From positions 1 to 22,115 of the forward strand of contig JBBRBK010000033.1 in assembly GCA_038205935.1 (NCBI GenBank): 22,115 nucleotides of DNA, in the 5' to 3' direction. A model generated the notes under the pieces. That model made no database searches, was not told the origin of the DNA, and was given only the letters and a program-made list of their open reading frames with translations. The position numbers and the translations under genes are program-made. This stretch comes from Campylobacterales bacterium. GTDB taxonomy: Bacteria > Campylobacterota > Campylobacteria > Campylobacterales > Sulfurimonadaceae. Numbering within the stretch: position 1 is the first letter of the stretch; every line of letters begins with the position of its first letter. Shown here piece after piece: positions 1 through 8,681 of this stretch.

Positions 1-4
1 AGAC

Positions 5-39
5 AAAAAAAAAGGGTAGAGGTTTCGAACCCTCTACCC
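5..39 (-). terminator. Rho-independent terminator (minus strand)
   Basis: Minus strand reads GGGTAGAGG-GTTCGAAA-CCTCTACCC-TTTTTTTTT: a 9-bp perfect GC-rich stem (14-22 / 31-39) followed by 9 U. Confidence 0.8.
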
Positions 40-82
40 AATCTTGTCGCTCCATTAACCGTATGGAAAGTTTTGTATTAGC
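5..82 (-). ncRNA. Candidate ~78-nt small RNA, or attenuated leader of a gene beyond the left edge
   Basis: Extended -10 TGgTACAAT at 97->89, an internal TCCAT/ATGGA hairpin and the intrinsic terminator at 39->5. No convincing ORF lies within it. The 5' end is inferred from promoter spacing. Confidence 0.45.
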
Positions 83-88
83 AAGGGA

Positions 89-97
89 ATTGTACCA
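89..97 (-). promoter_or_regulatory. Extended -10 sigma70 promoter (TGgTACAAT) for the candidate sRNA
   Basis: Plus strand ATTGTACCA at 89-97 matches the Campylobacterota TGnTAnAAT consensus on the minus strand. Confidence 0.45.
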
Positions 98-258
98 TAC
101 AAAATCCGGGGACAGGATACTAATTAAAAATCCCCTTCTCCTTACGCCTCTTCCAAACCCACAATCAAAATAAAAACTCCACATGACAAACTGCAATACT
201 TTAAAAACGGATTTTAAAAGAGTGATAGGATAGTACAAATCCAACGAAGGTTTTATAA

Positions 259-1131
259 ATGGACAAGCTTTATAAGTCAGATATTGTTATCTATGATGAT
301 GGAGAACTCGAACTGAATGTATCTGTAGAAAATGAAACTGTTTGGCTTAATCAAAGCCAATTATGTGAACTTTTTGACAGAGACAAATCAGTGATTTCAA
401 GACATATAAGAAATATTTTTACTGATGGTGAACTAGAAAGATCTTCAACTGTTGCAAAAAATGCAACAGTTCAATTTGAAAATAAAAGAGACGTTTTAAG
501 AGAAATTGAATACTACAATTTAGATGTCATTATCTCTGTTGGCTACAGAGTTAAATCTCAAAAAGGAGTCCGATTTAGACAATGGTCAACATCGGTTTTA
601 AAAAGCTACATTCAAAATGGCTACGTCATCAATGGCGATAAAATCACAAATGAAAGATTTGTATTTTTAGAAAATGAAGTTTCACTTTTAAAATCAAAAG
701 TAGAAAATATTTCAAATGCTTTTGAAGATAAAACACTGCACCAAAAACAAGGCATCTTTTTCGACGGACAGATTTACGATGCTTATGCTTTTGTCAATGA
801 TTTATTAAAAAGTGCAAAAAATGAAATCATTTTGATAGACAACTACATAGACGATACGGTTTTTACACTTTTTAGTAAATATCCAAATTTATCGATAAAA
901 ATCTACACTCAAACCATTTCAAAACAACTCAAACTTGACTATCAAAAATACCAAACTCAATACAAAAACATACAGCTCCAAGAGTTCAAAAACTCTCATG
1001 ATAGATTTATCATACTTGATGAAAAAGAGATCTACCACATCGGAGCAAGTCTCAAAGACTTAGGCAAAAAGTGGTTTGCATTTTCTAAGTTTGAGATGAG
1101 CACTTTAGATATTTTGAACAAATTAAAGTGA
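259..1131 (+). CDS. RhuM-family (virulence RhuM-like) DNA-binding protein with a C-terminal PLD-like nuclease-type domain
   Basis: 290 aa. RhuM motifs ETVWLNQSQLCELF and YYNLDVIISVGYRVKS..GVRFRQW. C-terminal FFDGQIYDAY..IILIDNYID..SHDRFIILD..YHIGASLKDLGKKWF resembles the module also fused to ORF6N/KilA-N proteins. AAGG RBS at 247-250; possible TGaTAGGAT promoter at 223-231. Confidence 0.8.
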   Translation: MDKLYKSDIVIYDDGELELNVSVENETVWLNQSQLCELFDRDKSVISRHIRNIFTDGELERSSTVAKNATVQFENKRDVLREIEYYNLDVIISVGYRVKSQKGVRFRQWSTSVLKSYIQNGYVINGDKITNERFVFLENEVSLLKSKVENISNAFEDKTLHQKQGIFFDGQIYDAYAFVNDLLKSAKNEIILIDNYIDDTVFTLFSKYPNLSIKIYTQTISKQLKLDYQKYQTQYKNIQLQEFKNSHDRFIILDEKEIYHIGASLKDLGKKWFAFSKFEMSTLDILNKLK

Positions 1132-1139
1132 GACGCCTA

Positions 1140-2108
1140 CTACAACATATCCCGCACGCTCTGTTTAAACTTGATAGCGACATCTTGTTTTGCGACTTCG
1201 TTTCCTTGTGATGACTGACCTATGATATCGACTTTTTTACTGAGCACTATCTGGTTTTTGTTATCTCTCACATCAATATTTATGGCAGATCTTGCAAGGT
1301 TAAATCCGTAAGCGCGAGTGAAGATTGTGTTTGAAGTGATGCTTACATGTAAGTGATATTTGTCCTCTTTTTGTGCGATGGCAAATCCTCTATCGCTCAA
1401 GATTGATTTAAAAGGATCGATGAGATTTTGGCTTTCACCATCGGCTGTGACACTAAAAGTGATGTTTGATTTTAGAGTGCTAAAACTCTTTTTTAAAGAG
1501 CTGATCTCTGAGAGTATATATCCATCATCAAACGAAGGTTTTAACACTTTTAACACCAGTGACTTATAAAGCAAGTCATCACTGATATATGAAGCATTTT
1601 CATAAAAATAAAACTGCTCTAAAACATTTGCCGATTTATTTGTGGATTCATCATTTTTAAGTAGTGCTATCGTCTTGTCTGTTTCATCTTTAAGGCTGTT
1701 AAAGAGCGCTGATTTGTCTGACTTTACAAGAGTGGCGTAGCTGTTAAACCCGATTTTTTCACTCTCTAAAATTTCATAATTACTAAGACGTATTTCCTTT
1801 ACATGTAAGGCGATTTTTTGCTCATCATCTCTTGTGTAGTTTTCAACTCCATTATAATTATACGCTCTCGTGTCCGAAGTCAACTTTGACTTTACCGACA
1901 CACTCAAAGTAGAAGCAATGGAATTGAGCGCATTTGCAAGAGCGTTTTCTTTATCTGTCCCCTCGCCCACACCATAAAGCGACGATGCATCTGAGGGAGG
2001 ATTTGTCATCCACGCAGGTTGCGGTTTTTGTGCCACTTCAACAGTCGGCAGTTTTGAACATCCAACAAACAAAAGCAAAACTGCGATAAAAAGAAAAGAG
2101 AATTTCAT
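1140..2108 (-). CDS. LPP20-family lipoprotein
   Basis: 322 aa. Lipobox LFVGC. P-x-W and YGVGEG...ALANALNSIASTLSVSVKS pattern typical of the LPP20 domain. Confidence 0.7.
   Translation of the reverse strand: MKFSFLFIAVLLLFVGCSKLPTVEVAQKPQPAWMTNPPSDASSLYGVGEGTDKENALANALNSIASTLSVSVKSKLTSDTRAYNYNGVENYTRDDEQKIALHVKEIRLSNYEILESEKIGFNSYATLVKSDKSALFNSLKDETDKTIALLKNDESTNKSANVLEQFYFYENASYISDDLLYKSLVLKVLKPSFDDGYILSEISSLKKSFSTLKSNITFSVTADGESQNLIDPFKSILSDRGFAIAQKEDKYHLHVSITSNTIFTRAYGFNLARSAINIDVRDNKNQIVLSKKVDIIGQSSQGNEVAKQDVAIKFKQSVRDML
1342..1353. repeat. Iterated palindrome CTTACATGTAAG
   Basis: Perfect 12-mer in the LPP20 gene (encodes LHVS). Confidence 0.8.
1799..1808. repeat. Iterated palindrome TTACATGTAA
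   Basis: Perfect 10-mer in the LPP20 gene (LHVK). Confidence 0.75.
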
Positions 2109-2116
2109 AGCTGTTT

Positions 2117-3106
2117 TTACTTTTTATTTATCTGAGAAAGAGCTTGTCTGTTTTGCTCTATCGTGCTATCAATATGGTTGATCGCCACGTTTATCTGCTC
2201 AACTGGCTTGATGGTCAGACTATCGGCCTTCATATAAAGCGCTTTTGCTTCGCTGTATTTTCCCTGCGCTTCTTTGACAACACCAAGATTATAAAGCGGC
2301 ACATAACTTCTCTCAGCCGTAGAATCGATAAGCTGAGTCAACAAAGTCTCGGCCTTGTCAAATCTGTTTGCCTTGATATATTCTAGCGAGCTTTTGAGCA
2401 ACAGTTTTTGTCTGTCGCTGTAGTCGATATCTGCAGTTTCTAAAAGCTCTACATTAAAATAAACATAGTGCGGAGCGAGCTTTGAGACAAACTCTTCGCC
2501 GATATCTTCAGCCAAACCTTGAGAGGCCATAGAAAGAGAGGGAATCAATCTCGAGTCATCACTACAATGCGTCCATGAGCCACTTCTTGTGAGAGTGTCA
2601 GCATAGATGATGTCGCCTCTTGCTGTATCTACCATTCTGATTTCTGCTGTAAGAGAAGCGACGGCTCTTGTACAGTAAACACGCACTTCCCAGCAGTGGT
2701 CTTTATTACATTTTGTACGTCTTTCATAAAAATTGGTGTCTTGCATAGAAGGACGAGAAACATCTCCGGAGATGATCGCCTGAGCGCCTATGACATGTCC
2801 CATTTGCACCGCAGTTGAGGGATCGATAAGACCGCTATTTTGAATTTTCTGTTCATTTAAAATCTGACTAAAATCTTTTCTACTTATTGTCGTAAAATAA
2901 CTTTTTCCATCCACTTTGCTTTGCGCTATTTTTGCTTCGATCTTACCTGAAAGATTGACTCTGTCATTTAAAAAATCAACTACCGAGATCTTCTTCGTCT
3001 CTGCCGCGCGTGCTATTTGTGCAGGCTGAAGTGCTCTAATCTGCACCTTTTGTGCACATCCGCTAAATAAAACCGCTATTCCTAAAACTCCAAGTACAAG
3101 CTTCAT
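2117..3106 (-). CDS. CsgG/HfaB-like lipoprotein with a C-terminal TPR-like region
   Basis: 329 aa. Lipobox LFSGC. ISVVDF...ISRKDFSQILNEQKIQNSGLIDPSTAVQMGHVIGAQAIISG...EIRMVDTARGDI fits the CsgG/TolB-N fold. LYNLGVVKEAQGKYSEAKALYMKA is TPR-like. ATGA overlap with the upstream gene. Confidence 0.7.
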   Translation of the reverse strand: MKLVLGVLGIAVLFSGCAQKVQIRALQPAQIARAAETKKISVVDFLNDRVNLSGKIEAKIAQSKVDGKSYFTTISRKDFSQILNEQKIQNSGLIDPSTAVQMGHVIGAQAIISGDVSRPSMQDTNFYERRTKCNKDHCWEVRVYCTRAVASLTAEIRMVDTARGDIIYADTLTRSGSWTHCSDDSRLIPSLSMASQGLAEDIGEEFVSKLAPHYVYFNVELLETADIDYSDRQKLLLKSSLEYIKANRFDKAETLLTQLIDSTAERSYVPLYNLGVVKEAQGKYSEAKALYMKADSLTIKPVEQINVAINHIDSTIEQNRQALSQINKK

Positions 3107-4461
3107 AATGATCTCTTTGCCTCTACGATAAGTGCGTTTAAAACTCTTTCATAGAGCTCTGCATCTGCCTTACATGTAGACTCAAAACGAGTCACCAAGA
3201 TCGGTGTCGTGTTACTCGCGCGCACAAGTCCCCAACCCGTGTCAAAGATCACACGAACGCCATCAACATCGATAATATCTTTGATATGAGGAAAATCTGC
3301 TGGCGGGTTTTGAAGCAGAACTTTCAGTCTATCGATGATAAGAAATTTCTCTTTTTCCATAGTTTCGACTTTAATCTCTTCAGTGGAAAAAACCTCTGGA
3401 AGCTTTGCGAGTTCTGCGTCAAGATCGATGCCATCGTGGATGAGTTCAAGCATTCTAAGTGTCGCATAAATCGCATCATCATATCCGAAGTAACGGTGTT
3501 TAAAAAACACATGTCCACTCACTTCACATGCCAAGTCCGCGCCCACTTCTTTCATCTTCACTTTAAGATTTGAGTGTCCCGTTTTGTACATGATCGCCTT
3601 GCCGCCGCGACGTTCGAGTTCATCGTACATCACTTGAGAACATTTCACTTCGCCCACTACGACAGGATTTTTCATCTTCATCGAATACAAAAGCGCCATC
3701 ATGTCGCCTTTGATATTGTTTTTATGCGTCAAAACAGCGATGCGGTCAGCATCCCCATCATAAGCAAAAGCGATATCGCCCTCTTTTTCTAGAAGTTTTT
3801 TGATATCTTCAAGGTTATGTTCATCTGATGGATCTGGATGGTGGTTTGGAAATGTGCCATCTGGATCGATGTAGATTCCCTTTACATGTAAGCCAAGTCC
3901 GCCAAAGATTTTCTCCGTCACGATTCCAGCTACGCCATTTCCACAATCATAAACTATGCGCTCCCTCATCCCTTTAAGATGGGTAAATTCTTTAATCATG
4001 AAATCCACATAACGGCTTACTGCGTCTATCTCTATTACATCGCGAGCAACTGTTTGTGGCATTGCCATCGTTTCTATCTCACGTCCGAGAGCGTAGATAT
4101 CTTCACCAAAAAATGGTGCTTTATCGACTGTGATTTTAAAGCCGTTGTATTCGCTTGGATTGTGCGAGCCTGTTATCATCACAGAAGCATCTGGCGTGAT
4201 GCCATTCCACTCTTGGTAAGAAGTGAAGTAGTTTACTGGTGTCGGCACCATTGCCATATCAAGCACAGTTTTTCCACCAGCGTTAAGCCCACGAACCAAA
4301 TACTCAAACAAAATAGGTGAATGACTTCTTGCGTCATAGCCAACAGAAACATATTTGCCTTCTATGCGACTTGCAAGCCCAAAACCGATGCGCACAACAC
4401 TCGCTTCATTGAGCTCTTTTTCAAAAATTCCTCGTATATCATACTCTCTATAAATGCTCAT
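3103..4461 (-). CDS. pgm: Phosphomannomutase/phosphoglucomutase (AlgC-like alpha-D-phosphohexomutase)
   Basis: 452 aa. IYREYDIRG N-terminus, catalytic TGSHNP, metal loop DGDADR, DGTFPNHHPDP, EVSGH, GLVRASNT. AAGGAG RBS at 4472->4467. Confidence 0.93.
   Translation of the reverse strand: MSIYREYDIRGIFEKELNEASVVRIGFGLASRIEGKYVSVGYDARSHSPILFEYLVRGLNAGGKTVLDMAMVPTPVNYFTSYQEWNGITPDASVMITGSHNPSEYNGFKITVDKAPFFGEDIYALGREIETMAMPQTVARDVIEIDAVSRYVDFMIKEFTHLKGMRERIVYDCGNGVAGIVTEKIFGGLGLHVKGIYIDPDGTFPNHHPDPSDEHNLEDIKKLLEKEGDIAFAYDGDADRIAVLTHKNNIKGDMMALLYSMKMKNPVVVGEVKCSQVMYDELERRGGKAIMYKTGHSNLKVKMKEVGADLACEVSGHVFFKHRYFGYDDAIYATLRMLELIHDGIDLDAELAKLPEVFSTEEIKVETMEKEKFLIIDRLKVLLQNPPADFPHIKDIIDVDGVRVIFDTGWGLVRASNTTPILVTRFESTCKADAELYERVLNALIVEAKRSL
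3882..3891. repeat. Iterated palindrome TTACATGTAA
   Basis: Perfect 10-mer in pgm (LHVK). A further CTTACATGTA lies at 3169-3178 (STCK). Confidence 0.75.
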
Positions 4462-4470
4462 ATTTTCTCC

Positions 4471-7335
4471 TTAAAATTTAAATTTCACTCTATTGCGTCC
4501 ACTTTCTTTTGCATCATAAAGTGCTTCATCCGCTCTTTTTATCGCTTTTTGTATATCTTCACCTTTATGATAACCACTGAGTCCGAAGCTACAAGTCAGT
4601 TTGCCTGCATTTTCAAACATCTCTGCGGCTATAGCTTCTCTGATATTATTTGCGATTTTTACCAACACATTCAAGGACTCTACATATAAGAGTATCACAA
4701 ATTCCTCGCCGCCCCAGCGGATGATAATATCGTTTGATCGTACAGTTTTACGCATGATCTTTACCATCTTTTTTAAAACCTCATCGCCAACACCATGTCC
4801 ATAGGTATCATTCACATTTTTGAAAAGATCGATATCACAGAAGATAATTCCCAGATGTAAACCATTGTGCGTGGAGTTGATTATTGCTTCACTATTCGCA
4901 TTAAAATACTCACGATTATACGCGCCTGTCAGAGAATCAGTGTATGCTTTATCGATAAAGCGGAATTTTTCTTTCATCGTATCACTGATGTCTGAAAGCT
5001 CTAAAAGATAGTTATCTTCCATTGTATTTTCTTGTATTGAAAAGTAACAAACATCTCCATTTTTATCCATCATTGAGACGATTTTATCCTTAGCGTCAAT
5101 ACTGGCAAGTTTTTCTATCCAGTCTCTTTTATTTTCGATATTTTTTATATGAAAACATCTTTCATCATCCAAAAATTTTTCTGAAATATATCTGTAATGA
5201 AGTTTAAATACCGCGAGTGAGGCATACCCAAAGAAATCCAGAAACTTTTTATTCACTTCTAAAATCTCATCTTTATTCATAATGAGCAATATAGAGTCTT
5301 GTGCATCTAAAATACGCTGAGTTTTACGAAGCAATAATCTATACTCTTTTTTAAGACTAATCTCTTTATACATGTACATAAATACGAACAAAAGGAGAAC
5401 AAAACCGACAAGATAAGCAATTCGCTCAGAGTTTTGCATATTTAAAAATATCGATTTATCTTTTTGCAAGATAAATACTGCAACCACCACATTGGTAATT
5501 GGATTTTTTAAAGGAATAAAAGTAAAAAGGTAATCCTTATTTTCATTACTGATAGAAAACACTTTTCCCTTCTCAATATTTTCTTGTATATAAGCATATT
5601 TTTGAGGGTCTATTAACGAGATGTCCGCATCAATGGAAAGATTTCTTAACTTCTTTGTCACCGCTTTATCAAAAGACCAGCCCTCATACATGGAGTTTTC
5701 ATAGTTTGATTTCTGATTTGTAAAAAGAGTCGCGTTTACAATATCTGATTTTATTAAAAAACTGCCCTTACATCCATCCGTACTAGTAAGATCTTTTATA
5801 AAAGCAAAAGAGCTAAAGGAGATCTCAACACTTCCCATATAAAATTTATTGGATGAATCAGACTGATAAAAAAGTGGAAAAATATGTCTAAATCCATTAT
5901 AAACTCTTCCCTCTTCAAATCCATCAACCCTTTGGTGATGTTCATTTACCCAGCGTACTGTTGGTCTACTATTTGTAAGATCATCGCCATACATGTCAGG
6001 CTTGTGCATCCTTAAAAAACTTTCGTTATTTGAGAGATGAAAATGGAGCTGTCTGAGGCCATAAAGTTTGTTTTGCTCATATTTATCTTTTAGCTGTTCA
6101 TACAACTCTTTTCTAGCTTCGTCTTTTTCATTTGGATTTTGAGCCTTTTTAAGGATTTCAAAGATCTTAGCATTTTCAATCTCGAGCTTAAATATTATCT
6201 GAGCAATATCAGAGTACTTAGTCGAAATATTTTCAAAATTAACTTTTGTAGACTCATTATATGCATGTGTATAGGAGTTTTCTTGCTCTTTATAGTAAAA
6301 ATGTACTGCCAAAAAATAAAAAAGATAGATAAAGATAAAGATACCCAAGGAGAGAAAAAGTAGTCTATCCATTTTCAGACGAAGATTATAATTTTTTCCA
6401 AGAACATAAAAACCCAAGCTAATAAGTATAATAAAAATCGCCAGTAATCCACGAACCTGATTCTCTATTGGTTCAATTTTGGACTTATGAAAAGATGAGA
6501 TATCCTTTGCAAGCAAGATATTCCCAAGAAAAACCTCTTTTTGATCAAATAAAGCATAATTAAAAACAGCTGTATTTTTGTCTATAACATAACTATGATA
6601 AGGAGAGATAAAATGTGTCACGCCCTTGCTTTTGATGAATTGCAGCATCTGTTTATCGGCATTGTGATTTGCTACGTAATAATCATCTATAAATGTTTTT
6701 GTGAGTGGAAAAGTAATCTGTGCTCTATACTGTTTATCCACCAAAACAAGGGAATGGTAGCCCATATGTTTTAGTTCATCTACCATAGAATCAAAATTTG
6801 AGATCAATTCAATAAAGCCTATAAAACTATTTTCATCATTAAAAATTGGCATCATTGTCTTAAATGTCATGTCGTATTTTCCGACACTAATGCTGCTGAT
6901 AACTCCAGGAGATTTTATCATGCTAAGTACGTCTTGACGTATATTAGCTAGATTATCGCCCTTTACAGAATCCCAACTTCTAGATAAACAAACACCTTGT
7001 GTATTTATAAACTGGACACGAGAGCCGCTGATATCACCATAAAGTTGTAATTTTTGAAAAATATATTTATATGAATTTTGATCGATTTTTTTTGTTTTTA
7101 TCAGTTCTAAGACTTTGTGGTCTGAAACAAGTTGCTGAAGCATCATAAGCTGACTTGCTTTTTTATCGGAGATCAACTTATTTATTTGTCTATTGAGTTC
7201 TGCCGTATTTGTAGTGAAATATTCATTTTGTTTTTCTTGTATCAATGCATCTTTATAGATATTTGATATATACACAACGGCTATGAGTATAGAAAAAAAT
7301 AAAGAAAAATAGACCAGTTTAATAATTTTACTCAA
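4471..7335 (-). CDS. Membrane-bound diguanylate cyclase with two periplasmic Cache-like sensor regions, a PAS-like linker and a GGDEF domain
   Basis: 954 aa. TTG start with AAGGAG RBS (7348->7343); four hydrophobic TM segments. DSLTGAYNR, DIDLFKNVNDTYGHGVGD, RSND (I-site RxxD), RWGGEEF, RADEALYDAKESGRN. Confidence 0.88.
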   Translation of the reverse strand: MSKIIKLVYFSLFFSILIAVVYISNIYKDALIQEKQNEYFTTNTAELNRQINKLISDKKASQLMMLQQLVSDHKVLELIKTKKIDQNSYKYIFQKLQLYGDISGSRVQFINTQGVCLSRSWDSVKGDNLANIRQDVLSMIKSPGVISSISVGKYDMTFKTMMPIFNDENSFIGFIELISNFDSMVDELKHMGYHSLVLVDKQYRAQITFPLTKTFIDDYYVANHNADKQMLQFIKSKGVTHFISPYHSYVIDKNTAVFNYALFDQKEVFLGNILLAKDISSFHKSKIEPIENQVRGLLAIFIILISLGFYVLGKNYNLRLKMDRLLFLSLGIFIFIYLFYFLAVHFYYKEQENSYTHAYNESTKVNFENISTKYSDIAQIIFKLEIENAKIFEILKKAQNPNEKDEARKELYEQLKDKYEQNKLYGLRQLHFHLSNNESFLRMHKPDMYGDDLTNSRPTVRWVNEHHQRVDGFEEGRVYNGFRHIFPLFYQSDSSNKFYMGSVEISFSSFAFIKDLTSTDGCKGSFLIKSDIVNATLFTNQKSNYENSMYEGWSFDKAVTKKLRNLSIDADISLIDPQKYAYIQENIEKGKVFSISNENKDYLFTFIPLKNPITNVVVAVFILQKDKSIFLNMQNSERIAYLVGFVLLLFVFMYMYKEISLKKEYRLLLRKTQRILDAQDSILLIMNKDEILEVNKKFLDFFGYASLAVFKLHYRYISEKFLDDERCFHIKNIENKRDWIEKLASIDAKDKIVSMMDKNGDVCYFSIQENTMEDNYLLELSDISDTMKEKFRFIDKAYTDSLTGAYNREYFNANSEAIINSTHNGLHLGIIFCDIDLFKNVNDTYGHGVGDEVLKKMVKIMRKTVRSNDIIIRWGGEEFVILLYVESLNVLVKIANNIREAIAAEMFENAGKLTCSFGLSGYHKGEDIQKAIKRADEALYDAKESGRNRVKFKF

Positions 7336-7439
7336 TAAAAAACTCCTTGATTACTCTAGTATTTTACATAAAAGTCCATAAATAGAAGATTATTATGTTT
7401 ATCAAGATAAAATCATCCACTTGGTATTTGGAGAAACGG

Positions 7440-8681
7440 ATGAATAGAATTTTAATCGTAGAAGATAACAAAGCACTGGCAAAACTCATCGCAATGAAGA
7501 TGAGCACTGAACTCGATTTTGAAATAGATATCGCTTACACTCTTCAAGAAGCGAAACTCTTCATAAAAAAATATAATTATTTTCTTGCCATGCTTGATCT
7601 CAATCTTCCCGATGCTCCCAACGGTGAAGTCGTAGAATATGCCTTAGAACGTGAACTTCCGTCCATAATTTTAAGTGGTATTGTAGATAAAGAACTACGA
7701 AAGAGACTGATCCAAAAAGATATTATCGATTATATTAAAAAAGATGGAATCGGATCTATTGACTATATTATCTCCACCATCAAAAGACTTTATGACAATC
7801 AAAAACATAAAGTCCTTATCGTTGATGATTCTTTAGTCTTTCGCAATCAAATGCAAAAGATGGTAAAAAACATGTTTTTTCAAGTCATAACTGTTGCTCA
7901 CGGTGAAGAAGCTCTTGCCATGTTGCAGATGCATCCTGATATAAAAATAGTTCTCACAGACTACTTTATGCCTGTTATGGATGGACTTGAGTTGACAAAA
8001 GAGATCAGAAAACAATACTCTAAAAATGATCTCAGTATCATTACCATCTCATCCAACCAAGATGAAGAGATCACAGCACTTTTTCTCAAAAACGGAGCAA
8101 ATGACTATATCTACAAACCATTTTCAAAAGAGGAGTTTATCTGCCGTCTCAACAACACCATAGAAGCCTTGGAAAACATAGAAAAGATCACAAACAATGC
8201 GAACAGAGACTTTTTGACAGGTGTTTATAACCGAAGATATTTTTATGCAAATGCTCAGGAATATTTTCAAGAAGCCAAACAAAGCGGACAAAATTTCGGC
8301 GTCGCCATGATAGACATAGATCACTTTAAAAAGATCAATGATACTTACGGACACGACACGGGAGACAAAGCCATAGTCAATCTTTCGCAGATACTTACCA
8401 CCAGCGTGGATGCAAAAGATATCGTTGCCCGATTTGGCGGTGAAGAATTTTGTATCATTTTAAAAGATATGAGCCCTCATGCCATCAAAGAAAAACTTGA
8501 ATCTATAAGAAAAAAAGTGGAAAATTCTTCCATCAAAGATCACGATACACAGATCTCTTTTACCGTTTCCATTGGTGTTGTCACATCAGCTGAAGACAGC
8601 TTAGAGGACACGATAAATACCGCAGATATGTTTTTATATAATGCAAAAAACGGTGGAAGAAATCAGGTAGTCTCGGACTAA
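7440..8681 (+). CDS. Response regulator REC-REC-GGDEF diguanylate cyclase (CbrR/PleD-like architecture)
   Basis: Start moved from 7395 to ATG 7440 because a GGAG RBS lies directly upstream and TAAAAT sits at ~7408-7413. Two receiver domains (ILIVEDN..LDLNLPD; VLIVDDS..TDYFMP..YKP), DFLTGVYNRR, RFGGEEF. The I-site position reads DAKD, with no Arg. Confidence 0.88.
   Translation: MNRILIVEDNKALAKLIAMKMSTELDFEIDIAYTLQEAKLFIKKYNYFLAMLDLNLPDAPNGEVVEYALERELPSIILSGIVDKELRKRLIQKDIIDYIKKDGIGSIDYIISTIKRLYDNQKHKVLIVDDSLVFRNQMQKMVKNMFFQVITVAHGEEALAMLQMHPDIKIVLTDYFMPVMDGLELTKEIRKQYSKNDLSIITISSNQDEEITALFLKNGANDYIYKPFSKEEFICRLNNTIEALENIEKITNNANRDFLTGVYNRRYFYANAQEYFQEAKQSGQNFGVAMIDIDHFKKINDTYGHDTGDKAIVNLSQILTTSVDAKDIVARFGGEEFCIILKDMSPHAIKEKLESIRKKVENSSIKDHDTQISFTVSIGVVTSAEDSLEDTINTADMFLYNAKNGGRNQVVSD

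Noticed and set aside
63..173. 36-aa plus-strand ORF (MESFVLAREL...) as a type I toxin antisense to the candidate sRNA
   Set aside because: No SD sequence, and it is not a hydrophobic TM peptide.
7395..7439. ORF-track starts at 7395, 14974, 15033 and 18892
   Set aside because: Downstream ATGs (7440, 14968, 15066, 18874) fit RBS, promoter or domain boundaries better.
7865..7880. 16-bp palindrome AAAAAACATGTTTTTT
   Set aside because: Low complexity and explained by the codons for K-N-M-F-F. It shares only ACATGT with the iterated motif, so it was not counted.
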